From NCBI RefSeq assembly GCF_000315625.1, contig NW_005434671.1:248001-312000 (forward strand): a stretch of 64,000 bases of DNA, written 5' to 3'. Every line of letters starts with the position of its first letter. Position 1 is the stretch's first letter. The stretch comes from Guillardia theta CCMP2712. Taxonomy: Eukaryota; Protista; Cryptophyta. A program made the position numbers and the translations under genes. Shown here piece by piece: positions 1 through 12,179 of the stretch. The notes under the pieces are model-generated. The model saw only the letters and a program-made list of their open reading frames with translations, searched no databases and was not told the DNA's origin.

Positions 1-701
1 GAAAGTGAACTTTGAAAGTTTGAAGGTTTTGGGAAGCTCAAAGTTTATCTCCAAAGTCTTAAAGTTTCGACAGCCCTTGGGTCCCTCTCCGCCTCCCGCT
101 CTGAAGAACCCCTGCATGCGCTCCTAGCATCGCGCCCACCACGGCAGCAGCACAAGCAGCTGTACCGTCCTCCTTGCGATACCACTGAACCAGAGCTCGC
201 ATCTGTACTGTTCCCCCCCGTGCTTTGCTCCGTACTCTCAAATGCTGAACGGTTGGCGCGTGCTGTTCGTTACGTCGTTTCCCAGCCGACCCCCTTGTGT
301 CGTATGTGTGTGTGCAGGATGTTAGAGGAAGAAGAGAAGTTATGAACAAGATTTCATGTCACTTGGACATTAGTGGAGACAGTTTTAACCCTTCGTGATT
401 CATTCTTCTCAGCTCATTCATATATGGTGTTCGCCAACTTGATTTGAACAGCCCATCCGAACCTGCCGTAGAACGATATTTGTTGCACCCTTTGGCTCTA
501 AGCCAATCGATTTTCTTGTTTTGATCTTTTCTGTATTACATCAAGAAATCCATTGAAAGATGATCATTCCCCTTACATAACCATGGGGGCCGATCAAGTT
601 TGAAATGAATTCACTAAACTTCATGAATTTTACACCTGAAATATATTTGATTCTCTCCTATTCAACACGCTGAGCGTGAACGATGACGTTTTGATTTCCA
701 G

Positions 702-1979
702 ATGAGGAGAGCACAGTCAAGAGCTCGTGTGTACGCCGATGTCAATGTAACTAGGCCGAAGGAGTATTGGGACTACGAATCGATAGCTGTGCAATGGGGG
801 TAAGAGATCTATACCTGTGGTTTGGACCCGAACTGATGAACGATGACAGTGATCAGGAGGATTATGAAGTGATTAAAAAAGTTGGGCGGGGCAAGTACAG
901 CGAAGTGTTTGAAGGAATCAATGTTGTGAATGAACAGAAATGCGTCATCAAGATATTGAAACCTGTGAAGAAAAAGAAAATAAGGAGGGAAATTAAAATT
1001 CTTCAGAATCTTTGCGGGGGGCCAAACATCATAAAGCTGCTAGACATCGTAAGGGATCCTCAATCTAAAACTCCGAGTCTTATCTTTGAACATGTCAATA
1101 ACGTGGACTTCAAGATCCTCTATCCTATGCTTTCAGACATGGATATCCGCTTTTACATCTACGAGTTGTTGGTTGCCTTGGAGTTCTCGCATTCAAATGG
1201 GATTATGCACCGTGATGTGAAGCCGCATAACGTCATGATCGATCATGAGAAGAGAAAGCTGAGGTTGATTGATTGGGGACTGGCGGAGTTCTACCACCCG
1301 GGGAGAGAATACAATGTCAGGGTAGCCTCAAGGTACTTCAAGGGACCCGAGCTGCTTGTGGAGATGCAAGAATATGACTACTCACTGGACATGTGGTCAC
1401 TTGGATGTATGTTTGCTGGAATGGTGTGTTTCTGAGTAATTGTGCATCCATCAACATGCTGAATTGCACTCCAGATTTTTCGCAAAGAGCCCTTTTTCCA
1501 CGGTCAGGACAACTACGATCAACTTGTCAAGATCGCGAAAGTTCTGGGCACAGATGATTTGTTTGCGTACATCGATAAGTATGGAATAGCTCTGGATCAT
1601 CGGTACGATAGCATTTTGGGCAGGTGCGTAATTGATACTATGATAAGTCAATCTCGACAAGATAGCGAGCATATTGATGTTCTCACGCAGGCACACGAAG
1701 AAACCTTGGTCATCTTTCATTAAGCATGAGAATCAGCATTTGGTTTCACATGATGCAATAGATTTTCTGGATCACTTGTTGAGGTGCTTGATTTCGCATG
1801 TTGTAGGCACGTATTGAATGATATTTTCTTGCAGATATGACCATCAGGAAAGGCTCACGGCGGAAGAGGCAATGCAGCATCCCTACTTCAACCCGATCCG
1901 TGGAATGGTTCCCATGAGGGACTCGGTTCAGACCAACAACACTCCAGCAGCTGCTTCCAACAACCCTAACGAGACGTAG
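702..1979 (+). CDS. CK2A: Casein kinase II catalytic (alpha) subunit, 5 exons
   Basis: ATG 702 gives [26 protein letters not shown]; intron 800-849; then [55 protein letters not shown]; further introns ~1423-1473, ~1624-1690, ~1783-1834; last exon [19 protein letters not shown]...NPNET*. Confidence 0.97.
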
Positions 1980-2371
1980 GTCGTGACGCGTCGGTGAGTT
2001 GGTCAACCCCAGCACCATCAACATTCTCGACTGCTTGTTGAAATATAGTGCAGCATTTGTTATAAGTAGACATGGGAACAGTGGTGATAAAATGCACGAT
2101 TGTTGCTACGTGAAATCGGCTTCAAGAAACCATTCCAAACACATGATTTTTCAACTTGTAATCCTGTAGTACACGTTCTGCACACAAAAATACTTTACTG
2201 CTAGCCATCAATTATCACATGCTAGATTTAAGAAATCTTTCATCACACACAAGTATTCGCAGTTGACTCACTGGCATATGCATCATACGCGTCCTGCCGT
2301 GCACCAAGACCGCAAAATCCTCACAAGGTTTCACACGGACGTAGTCGAAATTGCTGCAGCTACTCCAACCC

Positions 2372-2845
2372 TCAATTATCTGCTGCTCTATTTATACAGT
2401 ATGTCCAGCGCTGTAGTACAGGATCCTCGTCTGTCGCTCCAACAAACCACTCGATCCACTCGGCCTGCCCCTCCCCCATCCCCACCCACACGTCCTCCTT
2501 CGCCGTGCGCATGCAACCTTCCCCATGACCTGTCGACGGCTCCCCGCGGCCCCCGCGGCTGCTCTGAAAGAAGGCGACGAGGTTGTCGTCCCACACACCA
2601 TGTGTGCCAAGCTCGGAGGCCCTCCTCGCCTTCTTCTTTACGCCTTGCGTCCTGGTGAAAGGCCATCGCTTGATGCCGAGCCTCCTGCAGGCGGCCTTGA
2701 AACTGGTGAGGCAGACTCCGAGCTGAGCTGCAGCCTTATCCTGACGGAGGTGGTAGAGCTGCTGCACGGCATCGACGGTCAGGGTCACCTCTTGGTGACG
2801 GGTCTGCGCGCGGGGGAAGATAGAGACTTGACTTTTGCTGGACAT
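2372..2845 (-). CDS. RWP-RK domain transcription factor, copy 1
   Basis: 157-aa ORF with LYHLRQDKAAAQLGVCLTSFKAACRRLGIKRWPFTR, the RWP-RK signature; near-identical to 6808..7287. Confidence 0.88.
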   Translation of the reverse strand: MSSKSQVSIFPRAQTRHQEVTLTVDAVQQLYHLRQDKAAAQLGVCLTSFKAACRRLGIKRWPFTRTQGVKKKARRASELGTHGVWDDNLVAFFQSSRGGRGEPSTGHGEGCMRTAKEDVWVGMGEGQAEWIEWFVGATDEDPVLQRWTYCINRAADN

Positions 2846-5800
2846 GGTGGAGGAGAAACGAGAGGGAGGAGGAAGTGGGGAGGAGGGAGGCGAAGGGAGG
2901 CAGGGAGGCGATGGGCAGGACCTGAGTGAAGCTATGAGGAGATGGGCGTGGGTAGTGCAGAGCTCAGGGAGCCAGCGATGGGGACCGCGGGGGCAGGAGG
3001 AAACTTATATTTGCGGCATCTGCCATGGCCTTGACGAGAAGGTCTGTCATCACTTTGTTGAAAAGAGATGGTTTCAAAATGAACCTGTGACACGGACTCC
3101 ACATCACAAGGAGACATGTCTGTAGTAAAATGCTCGATTTGCCGGGTACAGAACTCGGAAAGTCACTGGCTGACTCGAACCCGACCCGTGACCAGTGATC
3201 CCAGTCCGGGACTCGCCGGTCCGACGGTCACGGAGACCGTCCGTGAGTCAAAGCCGTATCAAATGCCCAGCAGCTTGCCAAGTTGAAGGCCCCGGCTGAG
3301 GGGCGACTGCTGGTGAAACAGAGTACCGGGGTGACCGTCACTGTCAAGCCGCTCAGGGCCTTCCGAGCCGGTCATGGCCGCACCGCTCAGTGACTGGCAG
3401 GGCCGATGCGGCACTGGACGGGCCGCACGGTGAGTCGGACCCCGCCGCCCGGCCGGGCCCGCCGAGCCCGGCGCGGGCCCGGGGTCAGTCGGCGCACTGC
3501 ACTGCGGCCGGGCAGTCCGAGGTTGACTCAGTCACAGTGACTTGTGAACGGTGCAGCCTGGCAGCCGGCCGGCCCCGGATGCCGTTCACAAGGCCATATG
3601 CAGGCTCTAGCAAAATTGGTCTTTTTTTTTCTCCTTGGGAAGGGGTTCATATATACACTTCCATTCAGCTACCCCGGTTTTTGCTCTCTTACTGGGGGGT
3701 AGTGAGACAGGGATAAAGTAGGGTGGGGTGATTTGAATTATACTGGCGTGGTACCCTGTCCCCCGCCTTACTTTTTGAAGCACTTCATTTTAATTGTTTA
3801 GTCAGCGCTTCAATCGTACACATCTATGTACGGATGAAGTGCCTCTGGTACAGTCTGTACTATTCTTTTAAAGTGGTTTCGACAGGCGTCTCGAATCAGC
3901 CTCCACCCTAGTGACTTCCTTTGTCTGGAGGGGTAGAGGACCGAAAGATTCTCTCATACCCGTGCATTTCACTGTATCACGGTACGTGGGGGTGCTAATG
4001 GAAAAGAAGGCATTTCGATTGCCGTTGGAGCTCACCACGCCAATACCCCCGGTTCCCCTTCATCACCTTTACGAAAGGCGGGGTGGGTAGCTAGCAAAGA
4101 ATACAAATCTACCCTTTGATTCAAGAGTTTGAAATTGGGAAATAGGGGGTAGGGTGCTATCTCCACTCTCCTTTCCCCAAATCCCCCCTCCCTGGGCAAG
4201 CAAGAGATGGCTGATTGATCCTTCACCCGCATGCAACGACAAGTCATCATGGTGAGAGGCTTCGAATCTATTGCTGCTTGAATGTGGATGAGAATTTAAT
4301 CGTCTAATGTATCCATGTAGATAGACTAAGACCTTTTCTTAGTCTCTGACTTTGAAAGAAAGTTTTGAATTCCGCTTCTCTTACATGACTGCATGACAGA
4401 GAAAGCTGTCTAGGAATGAAGATGTCTTTAGAATACATTGCAAAAGATGAATACACCTTTTCTGCTCTCTTATTCGTTGTTTCAAGCATGAGAGCCGTAT
4501 GTACGAGGATTCAGAGAGGAAGTATGGTTTACAAAGCTGCACCATCAGTTTGCAAATGAGGTGCTTTCATGCACTCCAATCTTGCAAATATGCTAGAAAT
4601 ATTCAAGTATTTGCAGTTCAGATCCTCAAAAGCAACATCTTCACATTATTTCTGCTTGAGCATGCATTCAAAATGCTCAAGGATCAACATGCTCCACGTA
4701 GCTGTGGCGACATGGAAAGTCTGTTTCAACCACAGGATGAGAATCCTATAGCAATCCATGTGGCTTACTAGAGCTACAAGCATACATTGTGCATAATTAG
4801 GTTTATTTGCAACTTTTTGATGTATCTCTGCTATGCAGGCACAACGAAGAAACCAATGTGAGGCTTATTGTGCTGACCATTGCGCATGTATTTGATGCTA
4901 CTTGCGGTTGTCATTGTAATTAGATTGTTGCAAAGAATGATACCTCATGAATGTATAAAGATTTCTGCAATCAGATCACTACCACTTGTGATGTCGATCC
5001 CAAGCTTACAGTGAGTCGGAATGGTCTACAGGGGAAGCGATGTTTTCATCATCATTCAACCCTTGCATGCATTCTGCATTTATGCGAAATGAAAGAAGAT
5101 ACAGAAATGCTCTTTAGCATGGCCTCGAATGCAAGACTGATATCACTTTATTTCACAATAGAACAAATAATACATGTGTGCATACTGTGTTGACGGTTCA
5201 AATGTCCGACATCACAGCTAGATGAACGCTCAAAACTAATCCCACGCATCAAGAAATCAACACACTCTGCAAATCTCAGAAGTGGAGACTCTCGACGGTG
5301 TTCAAGGCTTAAGATGTCTTGATTGCCTCTGGCGGCATCAGTGTTTACATGCAATCAAACATCCTCACTGCAGTAGGCGAAATGCATGCAGAAATCTTGT
5401 GAAACAATCTATGCAATGCTTGATGTCTAATATAACAAGTGGGCTTGACTAATTACGTGGATCTGCAACATGATGCAATCTCCATCAAACAAATCTTCCA
5501 AGCATCGCATGTGGAAAATATGCAATTCAAAAATCATTCATCGCAGGGAAGTATCTTATGATTATTCTGCGCTGCCATAAGGTTGGTGTAAAGTCAAAAT
5601 GACAAGCGATCTCCTACACTGGATTCAAACCTCATGTTTTTATCATCTTGTTCTTCATAATAACCTTTTGAACCATGGATCTCACAACGCCATTGCTGCA
5701 CACTCTGTTGTCACCGAACGCATCACCACGAACCTAGCGGTCTCAGGTCTCAAACTGTGCTGACTAGAGAGCTTCAAACCTAACAAAGCCTTGCATGCTG

Positions 5801-7248
5801 AGATCTGATGCTGGCTACAGCAGCGGATGGTCTTACAGCGGCATCGTTGGAGGAGCAGCTTTGGTGCTACGTGCCGGCGTGTAGGGGAGACATGAGTCGG
5901 GCGTGTACGAGGTTGAAAACATTTCAACCCTCTGAAATGAAAGTTAAAATACATGTAAAGGCCTAGCAGAAATGATAACTAAACTGCACTGGTACTCTTT
6001 GGAGGTATCTCTTGCTGCCGTTGAAAACTTGTTTGAATTCACACGCCACCCCAAAAAAACTTTCTCGAAAAGAAGAGTGGAAATTAACGAAAGGGCTAAA
6101 AGTGAACGGCCTAGGCTCAGCCCCGGCGGCCGGGCCAGGCTCCGAGGCAGCCGGGCTGTCACGCACTGCGGCAGGGCCGCTCAGTCAGCCGGGCCGCTAT
6201 GCCAAGAGGTCCGGCCGGGCCTCGGCCGGGCGGCCGGGACTCGAGTCTCCGTCGGAGGCCGGAACTTTCCGCAATTACGGCATCCGACACACTGTCACAC
6301 TGGGCGGCCGCCTCCGAGGCTCAGCCGGGCCGCCAACTCAGTGATCGGACTCGGGACGCCCGGCCGGGCAGTGGCGGCAGTCACCGGCGTCACAGTGACT
6401 ACTCCTGATTGTCCTCGTACTGATTTTAAACTTAACTTTGAGTAAAGACTCTAACTTTGAATGAGCCTGCCACCGTCACCGTGCCACTGCCCGTGCCATA
6501 ATTGCTGACTGATCTGACGTTGTGAAGTGGAATCCGTGTACCATCATGTCACTCCAAACGATCGAGTTTTACATCGCTTCATAACACCTTATGACAAGTC
6601 ATGCTCCTCCAGCGTCAAGGCCATGGCAGATGCCGCAAATATAAGTTTCCTCCTGCCCCCGCGGTCCCCATCGCTGGCTCCCTGAGCTCTGCACTACCCA
6701 CGCCCATCTCCTCATAGCTTCACTCAGGTCCTGCCCATCGCCTCCCTGCCTCCCTTCGCCTCCCTCCTCCCCACTTCCTCCTCCCTCTCTTCAAGTTCTC
6801 CTCCACCATGTCCGGCAAAAGTCAAGTCTCTATCTTCCCCCGCGCGCAGACCCGTCACCAAGAGGTGACCCTGACCGTCGATGCCGTGCAGCAGCTCTAC
6901 CACCTCCGTCAGGATAAGGCCGCAGCTCAGCTCGGAGTCTGCCTCACCAGTTTCAAGGCCGCCTGCAGGAGGCTCGGCATCAAGCGATGGCCTTTCACCA
7001 GGACGCAAGGCGTAAAGAAGATGGCGAGGAGGGCCTCCGAGCTTGGCACACATGGTGTGTGGGACGACAACCTCGTCGCCTTCTTTCAGAGCAGCCGCGA
7101 GGGCCGCGGGGAGCCACCGACAGGTCATGGGGAAGGTTGCATGCGCACGGCGAAGGAGGACGTGTGGGTAGGGATGGGGGAGGGGCAGGCCGAGTGGATC
7201 GAGTGGTTTGTTGGAGCGACAGACGAGGATCCTGTACTGCAGCGCTGG
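2405..7248. repeat. Inverted duplication: arms ~2405-3036 and ~6613-7248 (~630 bp each), ~3.6 kb spacer
   Basis: Reverse complement of 2405-3036 matches 6613-7248 with few substitutions; arms cover promoter (AAATATAAG), leader and most of the RWP-RK ORF; C-terminal ~10 codons differ. Confidence 0.95.
4290..5950 (+). pseudogene. Decayed, CpG-depleted coding-like relic of unknown origin
   Basis: AT-rich with abundant TGCA/CATG and few CG; + frame from 5238 reads protein-like but is interrupted by TGA/TAA codons. No family recognised; strand tentative. Confidence 0.4.
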
Positions 7249-8394
7249 GAGCTCAAGAGAGTGTTAAGGTTGGAGGCAGGGGAGTAGAAGTAGCAGCAAC
7301 AGTGATAATCTTGCAATCAGTTTTTTTTGTCTGTTAAGGTCCGTCGGGTGGGTTCAACGTGCTGCGACTTGCGAACATAGGTTCACCTTGCAATGTCGGG
7401 TTGAGATCAAGTCAGAAGATGATTCCAACGATGTAGTTCGACATAAATATGTAGACCATAGCTGCGGATGCTCTCAGTCGAGAACCGTGATCGGAGTTGC
7501 GTTGAATCTCCGATTCCGTCTTGTATTTTAATAAACCCTTTAAGTTACTTCAAGTCCGATACAAGCAGGCTGTGCCTTCCATTTCATTCAGTACCGTGAC
7601 CCTCCTGTTTCTTTCTCAGCCTGGGTCGCTTCACGCACTGCGGTGACTCCGTCGGACCGCCGACGGTGCCCGGCCCGGCGTACGAGTCAGCGAGCCGCTC
7701 AGCGGCTGCTCACAGTGAGGCGGTAACCTGCCGCACTGCCCGGCCGGACTCCCGGGCCGGGACCATCTCAGTCTGCCGGGTCCGGATGCCATGATGACGC
7801 GTTGCCGCGGCTTCCTGTGGATGACTGGCGGATCGCCTACTCGGAGCTGACAAAGTCGGATCCAGTCCAGGATCCGACTTTGTCAGCTCCGAGTAGGCCT
7901 CCCTGTCCTTCACTGCAGTAGTGCCACTGGCATCGCGGACGCGTCACGGCGGCCGTCACGCACGTCACCTCCTCCGCTGCCAGTGTGCACGGCAACTTCG
8001 GACTCCGACAGTGAGGTACGGTACCGTACCGTGGGCCTCCCGAAGTCTCCGAGTGACCGTACTCTCCGGCGTGATCGGACTGGCAGGCAGCTCGGCCCGG
8101 CCCGCGGCCTGGCCGGGCGGCCCGGCCGGCCGGGTACTACGGTACTACCACGGTGGGCCGATGACTCGTGACTTCCGAGTCCGATGATCGGCGTGCCGGC
8201 GGCCCGGTCCGGGGAGTCCGACGGAGTCCGGCGGCCGCGGCCGCGGCGCGGCCCCGCCGGGCCCGGGGACTCCCACGGCCCCCGGGCGACCGGCCCGGGG
8301 TCACTGGTTCCCTCCGAGGCCGGGCCGCTCGGTAAAGAGTCCTCGACTCTCCTGATTGTCCTCGTACTGATTTTAACTTAACTTTGAGTAAAGA
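6402..8394 (+). repeat. Dispersed ~46-bp direct repeat (6402-6448, 8349-8394)
   Basis: CTCCTGATTGTCCTCGTACTGATTTTAA(A)CTTAACTTTGAGTAAAGA occurs twice, each right after a GC-rich island. Confidence 0.9.
6808..7287 (+). CDS. RWP-RK domain transcription factor, copy 2
   Basis: 159-aa ORF, same RWP-RK domain; CCACCATG start context; TATA-like AAATATAAG at ~6637. Confidence 0.88.
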   Translation: MSGKSQVSIFPRAQTRHQEVTLTVDAVQQLYHLRQDKAAAQLGVCLTSFKAACRRLGIKRWPFTRTQGVKKMARRASELGTHGVWDDNLVAFFQSSREGRGEPPTGHGEGCMRTAKEDVWVGMGEGQAEWIEWFVGATDEDPVLQRWELKRVLRLEAGE

Positions 8395-8584
8395 AAGAGG
8401 CCAGAACGTTCGACCGACATGCTGTGAGTGACCCTTCAGCGCGTATGGCGATTGCGGCGAAGATGCGATGAAAATGAAGGAGAGATTGGTCAGAGTTGTT
8501 CGCGGTGACGATGAATGACGACGAGGAGGAGAAAGTTTGTGTATGAAGTGCATTCCTTGTCTCATGACAGGATGGCTGGTAAAG

Positions 8585-8700
8585 AGCAAGGCAGGAAGCA
8601 AGGCAGCAAGGCGGCAAGGCAGCAAGGCAGTAAGGTAGGAAGGTAGGAAGGTAGGAAGGCAGGCAGGCAGGCAAGGTGGCGGGTAGACTGGCAGGAAGGA
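8585..8700 (+). repeat. Degenerate (GCAAG/GGAAGGTA/GGCA)n simple repeat
   Basis: gcaaggcaggaagcaaggcagcaagg...aaggtaggaaggtaggaaggtaggaaggcaggcaggcagg. Confidence 0.8.
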
Positions 8701-8786
8701 GGGTTGAGAGATAAACTGGCATGCGGAGACAGGGACAGGGCATTATAGCCTCAAGACAGAGAAAACCCTCTGCTTTACAACAACTC

Positions 8787-9027
8787 ATGTTGAGAGGATA
8801 GTAATGTCGGCGAGGCGCTCTGTATTGTAACTGATCTATTGGCTCGTAACAGCTCCAACCTCATGGGTGCAAGCCTCTGGCCTCGTTACCTCGGCACTCC
8901 TGCCGGCCATGGCCCGGACGCGGATGTGCGCGACTATGATCGCTGTAAGTTGCTGCGTCCCGTGGTGAAGATTGAGGTTACTAACGCTTGCTGTTCAGCT
9001 TTTGCCGCCAACACCGGTACCTGGTGA
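8787..9027 (+). CDS. Three-exon 44-aa microprotein of unknown function
   Basis: Exons 8787-8800, 8853-8944, 8999-9027; introns GTAATG..CAG and GTAAGT..TACTAAC..CAG; spliced 135 nt = MLRGYSNLMGASLWPRYLGTPAGHGPDADVRDYDRSFAANTGTW*. Confidence 0.7.
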
Positions 9028-9122
9028 GCGTGTTTGTAGCAGGAGAGGAGCGAGGAGAGCATTCCTTCACCTGTAACATCTGTATGAATATTCCCACGAA
9101 GAATACACTCTTCTCGCTTTAA

Positions 9123-12100
9123 TCATGAGAACCCCAAATCTTGTCCTATGTCGTTGATCAACATTCCAGCTACATCCACAGGGTCTGTCTCCCTTCTCGC
9201 AGGAAATCGGCGCTCAACGGGAGCTGATGCAGGAGCAGGAGGCGCTTGCTTCACTACTCTCACTGCCTGCTGCCTAACGGGCATCTCCACATGCTGAACG
9301 ACGTGCGGCCTGCCCGCTGCCTTCATCGGAGCCTCAGCTACTGCAGACTTCTCCTGCTCGTCCCACGGCCCTCCTTGAAACTTGGCGTTCTTCAGGAGCT
9401 GGTTCATCAAGGCCTCTGCCCCTTGCGCCTGCTGCAAGTCAGTAAGGGCCAACAGAACGTTCTGCCTGACCTTTTTGTCTGTTTCCGCCTGCGGGAAACG
9501 AGTGGGGGCTACATGAGATTTCCCCTTACCATGGGCCTGCCCCTGATGCTTGAGGGCTGAGAGCTTGACATGGGCAGGATTGGCAGAAATGCCTGTAAGG
9601 AACTGAGAACCGTTTCCTCATCATGATCGTCATAAACCTGAAAGGGTAGGCAGAAGGGGAGTGCCCTTGGGTGACTCAATGGCCAGGAAGGGCATGCTCA
9701 AGCTGCGCTGCTCCTCTTTCTTCACCTCGTGCTTCAGCAGCTTCTGATAATCCTTCATCGCCGCTGCATGCTGTGGCTCAAGTCCGCGGCCTCTTGGCCT
9801 CGAACAAGCTGCATGCTCATGTCAGTCGACGGCAGCAGGCTGGGCAAGCTCCTTACATTCCCCGTGTCCATCACTGAGTGAACAGACGCATCTGAAGTAG
9901 CCCCCCCATCTTGAAGATCCGATCGTGGTGTCGCTGTAAGATCGCCGACGCCATGCAGGTCAACCTTGGGTATGCCGCTTCCTCCATGTGTCATCCCTCT
10001 GTGAGATACTCGATAGCTGGGCAGGTTGGTCAGAGTACAAACAAGAGAGGAAAGGGTCTCCTACTTCAAGTGCATCCCGGTATGCATGTGAGTTCCCTTT
10101 GAAGAGAAGTCATCATTCTTCAATCCATCGCTGTCCAGCACATCATCCACTGAACGATCTACTCCGAACCCAGTCCCATCATTCTCTTCGTCCGTGGCAA
10201 CCTGCAATGTTCCAGTCAACACCGTCACCATCAATGGGCTGTATCATGAGATGTGTCCCTGAGGACTTGCATGCACAAACCTTGCTGAACAAGCAATCTA
10301 CTGTATTGCATTGGCTCTTGTACTTGGCAATGGCCTTGTGATCTGCGAGCTGTTGATCCTCCTGCTCCCCGTTGACTCTTTCGAAGAAATCCTTGTTCGT
10401 GTGCAGGCCTGGCAGATTGGCAAAGGAACCCTCCACACCCGAGCTCTGATCTCCTGCATGTCTTACTTTGTGCTTCCACCATGATCCTGAGGAGTACATC
10501 TTTCCATCGAACGAGTCCCTCTTATCATTGCCACGACTCCCGTCCCCACGTGTACGTGAGGAGTATAGAGGGCCCATCAAGCTCTTGAGAGACCACTTGC
10601 TATGAGACGAATCGTCTTTCTTCACCTCCGCCTTGGCGATGTCGTCCGAGAGAATCTTGAGGGCACTTTGAGCCACCTGGGCGTTGTGTTTCTCAGTGTC
10701 AGTGATCAACTTTGACGAGTCTCCCACAAGTCCCTGCCTCTTTGCGTAGTAACGAGCCTGAACAAGGTCCGACTGAGCTTGTTCAAGATCTCCGGCCTTG
10801 ACAGCATCTACTCCTCCGCGGATCTCATGGGCGAATTTTTGTTTGTCGCTCTTCAATCTTTCTTCCGTGGTTGGCCCTGTCTTAACTGCAAACTCCTTGA
10901 GCGATTCATACTGAATGGGGGCTTTTAGAACTTGGAGATTCTTTTCAAGCTGCTCTCTCTGCTTTGCTTTCCTATCTCGGACATATTTCTGTAGCATGTT
11001 CCTCAAAGATTCCATCTTGGACAAGAGCTCTTTCGGGAGTTTTGTTTCTGATGAGCCCTTCTTTGCACTCAGTGCACCTTGGATGTAGAAATCTGCCTTC
11101 TTCAACGAGTGCTCAGCGTCAGAAATGTAGCCAGCATTCGCCGCCTCGATTCCTTTGGAGATCTGCTTTGAGGCTAAGGATTCGAAGTTGGCAGCCAAGT
11201 TTGCTATGCCCTCGTTGGAAGAATGTGACTTGTGCGAGAGCGTGACGTCATCGACCTGAGCCAGCGATTCCTTTGAGAGATGTGACTGGTCCTTTGAGAA
11301 ATGGTTCCAAATCTTGTTGAGACCAGCACTATGGTCAGGTTGACGAGAAGGATAGTGCTTCAACATGATCTCCTCCAGTTTCCTTGGAGTTCCTTGGTGG
11401 GTAGACTTGTGCGCCACGACGAACTTCGGCAGGTGGTTGCCTAGAGCCTGAGAAGAAAGAGAGGCAGAGGCGCTCTTGGCTTCGCTATCATCGATCGCGT
11501 TCTGCAGCTGCTGAATGGAATGAGGTGTGCTGAGGTAGTTCGCTACCTGCGGGCTGCCTCTAAGGATTTGAATCATCCGTCGATGAAAAGATTTGGCAGC
11601 TGATAACTCTTGTTTTGCTCGACTCACCTCGCCCTTCTTGAGATATTTCCATCCTTGACTGATAGACTGTCGTAGCCGTCGCTTCTGCGCGTGGATGAAA
11701 GTTTGCTTCAGATTGCCATCCTCGCTCTGAGCCTCTTCTCTCTTTCTTCTCTCCTCCCCCACTGTATACTTCCCTTCACCTTCTGGCACAGAACCAGAGG
11801 AAGAGGTTGAGCTGGTCGCTGGCAACCTGCTTGCAAGCGATTCTAAGCAAGCCTCCCCACATGCCCCATTTCCGCTGTAAGACACCAAGCTGCTTCGATG
11901 CGGAACTACTTGGGCAGCATCATCACTGAAAGCAGCGCCAACAAGACCTCCCAGTCTTCTTCTCTCGTCCTGTGTCAGCTCTTCTGTGATGGCTTTCAGG
12001 GATGACTTGAGATCGCGAGCCGGTCTTCCATCCCCACCAACAAGTTGAACAACCGCTTGCTTGGGCGTCAGCCAGGCAACACAAGAGAGCACGAGCAGCA

Positions 12101-12179
12101 CAGCAACGGTGAGAGTCAAGGAGAGGAGGGAGGAGGAGGCAGAAGCCGGTCGCATCTTCTCTTTCCTTCCCTCGACCAT
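9123..12179 (-). CDS. Large hypothetical protein with N-terminal signal anchor, multi-exon 3' part
   Basis: 666-aa ORF 12179-10179 with hydrophobic LLSLTLTVAVLLVLSCVAWL; protein-like downstream segments (9755-9994, 9123-9452) on the same strand probably joined by introns. No family recognised; 3' structure approximate. Confidence 0.65.

Noticed and set aside
1-70. AAAGTT-rich stretch as telomere
   Set aside because: Not a regular tandem repeat; similar words occur internally next to GC islands.
2405-7248. Inverted arms as transposon TIRs
   Set aside because: Arms are the RWP-RK genes themselves; no target-site duplication or recognisable transposase seen.
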